Assembly: GCA_943356525.1 (NCBI GenBank)
Contig: CALRFG010000005.1
Location: 2,921-66,920, forward strand
Reading direction: 5' to 3'
DNA: 64,000 nt
Source: Candidatus Nomurabacteria bacterium
Lineage (GTDB): Bacteria > Patescibacteriota > Minisyncoccia > Phycocordibacterales > CAIZLB01
Positions 62,741-64,000 of this stretch are shown here, one piece after another (the stretch's first letter is position 1; each line of letters starts with the position of its first letter). A program made the translations under genes and the position numbers. The notes under the pieces were generated by a model, which ran no database searches, was not told the origin of the DNA, and saw only the letters and a list, made by a program, of their open reading frames with translations.

Positions 62741-62818
62741 ATTCCAATTTTTAATAAAAGAAAAACGCTGAGACCTTTAATAGGTCCCAGCGTGATTGGG
62801 TGGGTGATTCACTCAGGG

Positions 62819-63202
62819 TTAGTTGTCCAGTGCGTGCTGCACAACTTCTACTTCAGTGTTGAAGTAATGAGTCACTCCACGGGTAACAGTTAGAAACGGT
62901 CCTTTCATCAGACCTGTTCCTTTCGCCGATGGCACTTCGATGGTGACTAGTTGTCCTTGCGGGGTAACTTTTCCACCAACCAACGGCTTTACTTTCTGCC
63001 CAATTACGAAGATGGCGGAGCCTTTCTTCGTGATGGATTGGATCGAATAGTACGATCCAATCTCGGGCTGAAGCAAGCTTTGGTATGTTTGTATCTTTGA
63101 TACATCATCCATAAGGTTTATACCTTTGTTGGAATACATGAGTCCAACAGCGGCAAGACTTGCAATAATGCCAAACATAACAACGATTTTAAATATTTTC
63201 AT
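62819..63202 (-). CDS. Small secreted protein (signal peptide), hypothetical.
   Basis: MKIFKIVVMFGIIASLAAVGLMYS is a signal peptide. GC-elevated. Confidence 0.45.
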   Translation of the reverse strand: MKIFKIVVMFGIIASLAAVGLMYSNKGINLMDDVSKIQTYQSLLQPEIGSYYSIQSITKKGSAIFVIGQKVKPLVGGKVTPQGQLVTIEVPSAKGTGLMKGPFLTVTRGVTHYFNTEVEVVQHALDN

Positions 63203-63364
63203 ATAGGGTACAGTGTAGAGTCCTAAGCGACATTGCTTTGGATATGCATATTATATACTATATAAACAATAAAGTCAAGTCTAATACAAAAACCCACGAA
63301 CGCTTATAATCTAATACTCAAAAAACCCCGCCAAACCACCTATATTTTGCTATAATATTCCCAT

Positions 63365-64000
63365 ATGGCCAACATCTCACCTAAAAAGCAAAAAACCCTA
63401 CTACTATTAGACTCACATGCTATTATTCATCGTGCCTACCACGCTGTACCTGATTTTAGAAATTCGCAAGGGGTACCAACAGGTGCCTTGTTTGGCATAA
63501 TTAACATGCTTTTTGGTATCTTAGAAAAATATAAGCCTGATGCAGTGATAGCTTGCTATGATTTACCTCACCCGACGTATCGTCATGAGATATATGAAGC
63601 TTATAAAGGTCACAGAAAGAAAAGTGATGATGATCTTATTACACAGATAAAAAGTTCTCGTGAGATTTTTCAAGATCTGTGCATCCCAATGTATGACAAA
63701 GCTGGTTTTGAAGCCGATGATATACTGGGAACCATAGTTCACAAAGTAACATCTGATGGACACAATCAGGATGAAGAATATAAAGTTATCATTGCTTCAG
63801 GAGACATGGATACTATGCAACTTATAAAAGGTGATCAAGTTTTGGTTTATACTTTGAAAAAAGGTTTAAATGACACTATCATCTATAACGAGGAAGCTGT
63901 GATTGCAAAATATGGTATGAAACCGATACAACTTATTGACTACAAAGGTTTACGAGGAGATACGTCGGACAATATCATCGGGGTTCCTGGTGTTGGTGAA
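63365..64000 (+). CDS. polA: DNA polymerase I, 5'-3' exonuclease domain. The gene runs off the right window edge.
   Basis: LLLLDSHAIIHRAYHA...GVPTGALFGIINML...GFEADDILGTIV...LRGDTSDNIIGVPGVGE are classic 5' nuclease/FEN motifs. Confidence 0.85.
   Translation, partial: MANISPKKQKTLLLLDSHAIIHRAYHAVPDFRNSQGVPTGALFGIINMLFGILEKYKPDAVIACYDLPHPTYRHEIYEAYKGHRKKSDDDLITQIKSSREIFQDLCIPMYDKAGFEADDILGTIVHKVTSDGHNQDEEYKVIIASGDMDTMQLIKGDQVLVYTLKKGLNDTIIYNEEAVIAKYGMKPIQLIDYKGLRGDTSDNIIGVPGVGE

Overview
This is a low-GC (~30-35%) bacterial window whose gene content and rRNA organisation suggest a Patescibacteria/CPR-like or similar small-genome organism. Supporting signs are a 23S-5S rRNA operon with no 16S nearby and an intron-sized insertion at the classic 23S L2593 (I-CreI) site; both are impressions from reading the sequence, not alignments. 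The left ~12 kb is a mobile/defence island. It holds a truncated serine recombinase and a two-gene restriction-like module: an HKD(PLD)-SNF2 helicase translationally coupled to a FYTP-type (Eco57I/MmeI/PglX-family) N6-adenine methyltransferase with a target-recognition domain. Next come phage-type genes (a terminase-small-subunit-like HTH protein and a ParB-nuclease-domain DNA methyltransferase) and a retron-like locus. The retron-like locus is a zinc-ribbon ORF, a candidate msr/msd ncRNA flanked by a1/a2 inverted repeats, and a reverse transcriptase carrying the NAxxH motif. The middle of the window carries small-molecule/redox housekeeping genes (SDR, fasciclin, SOUL, aminotransferase, nitroreductase/HxlR, CcdA-thioredoxin). 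It also carries a TatC/TatA pair next to a consensus Tat-signal repeat protein and a 958-aa signal-less repeat protein. A cell-surface cluster follows with one dockerin protein and two cohesin-like membrane-anchored proteins. Further right are a 1360-aa protein with a C-terminal pol-beta/CD-NTase-like nucleotidyltransferase core, rluA, rplS, a truB-like gene and a type IV pilin. Then come a secreted lipase-like protein, rplJ, rplL, trmD and the 23S (with a putative ~400-nt ORF-less group I intron)-5S operon. The window ends with a HEPN/MNT pair, an FtsW/RodA-family gene, a 1436-aa LamG/peptidoglycan-binding surface protein, secD, secF, three GC-elevated genes and the 5' end of polA. All calls rest on motifs read by eye in the translations; no database searches were possible.
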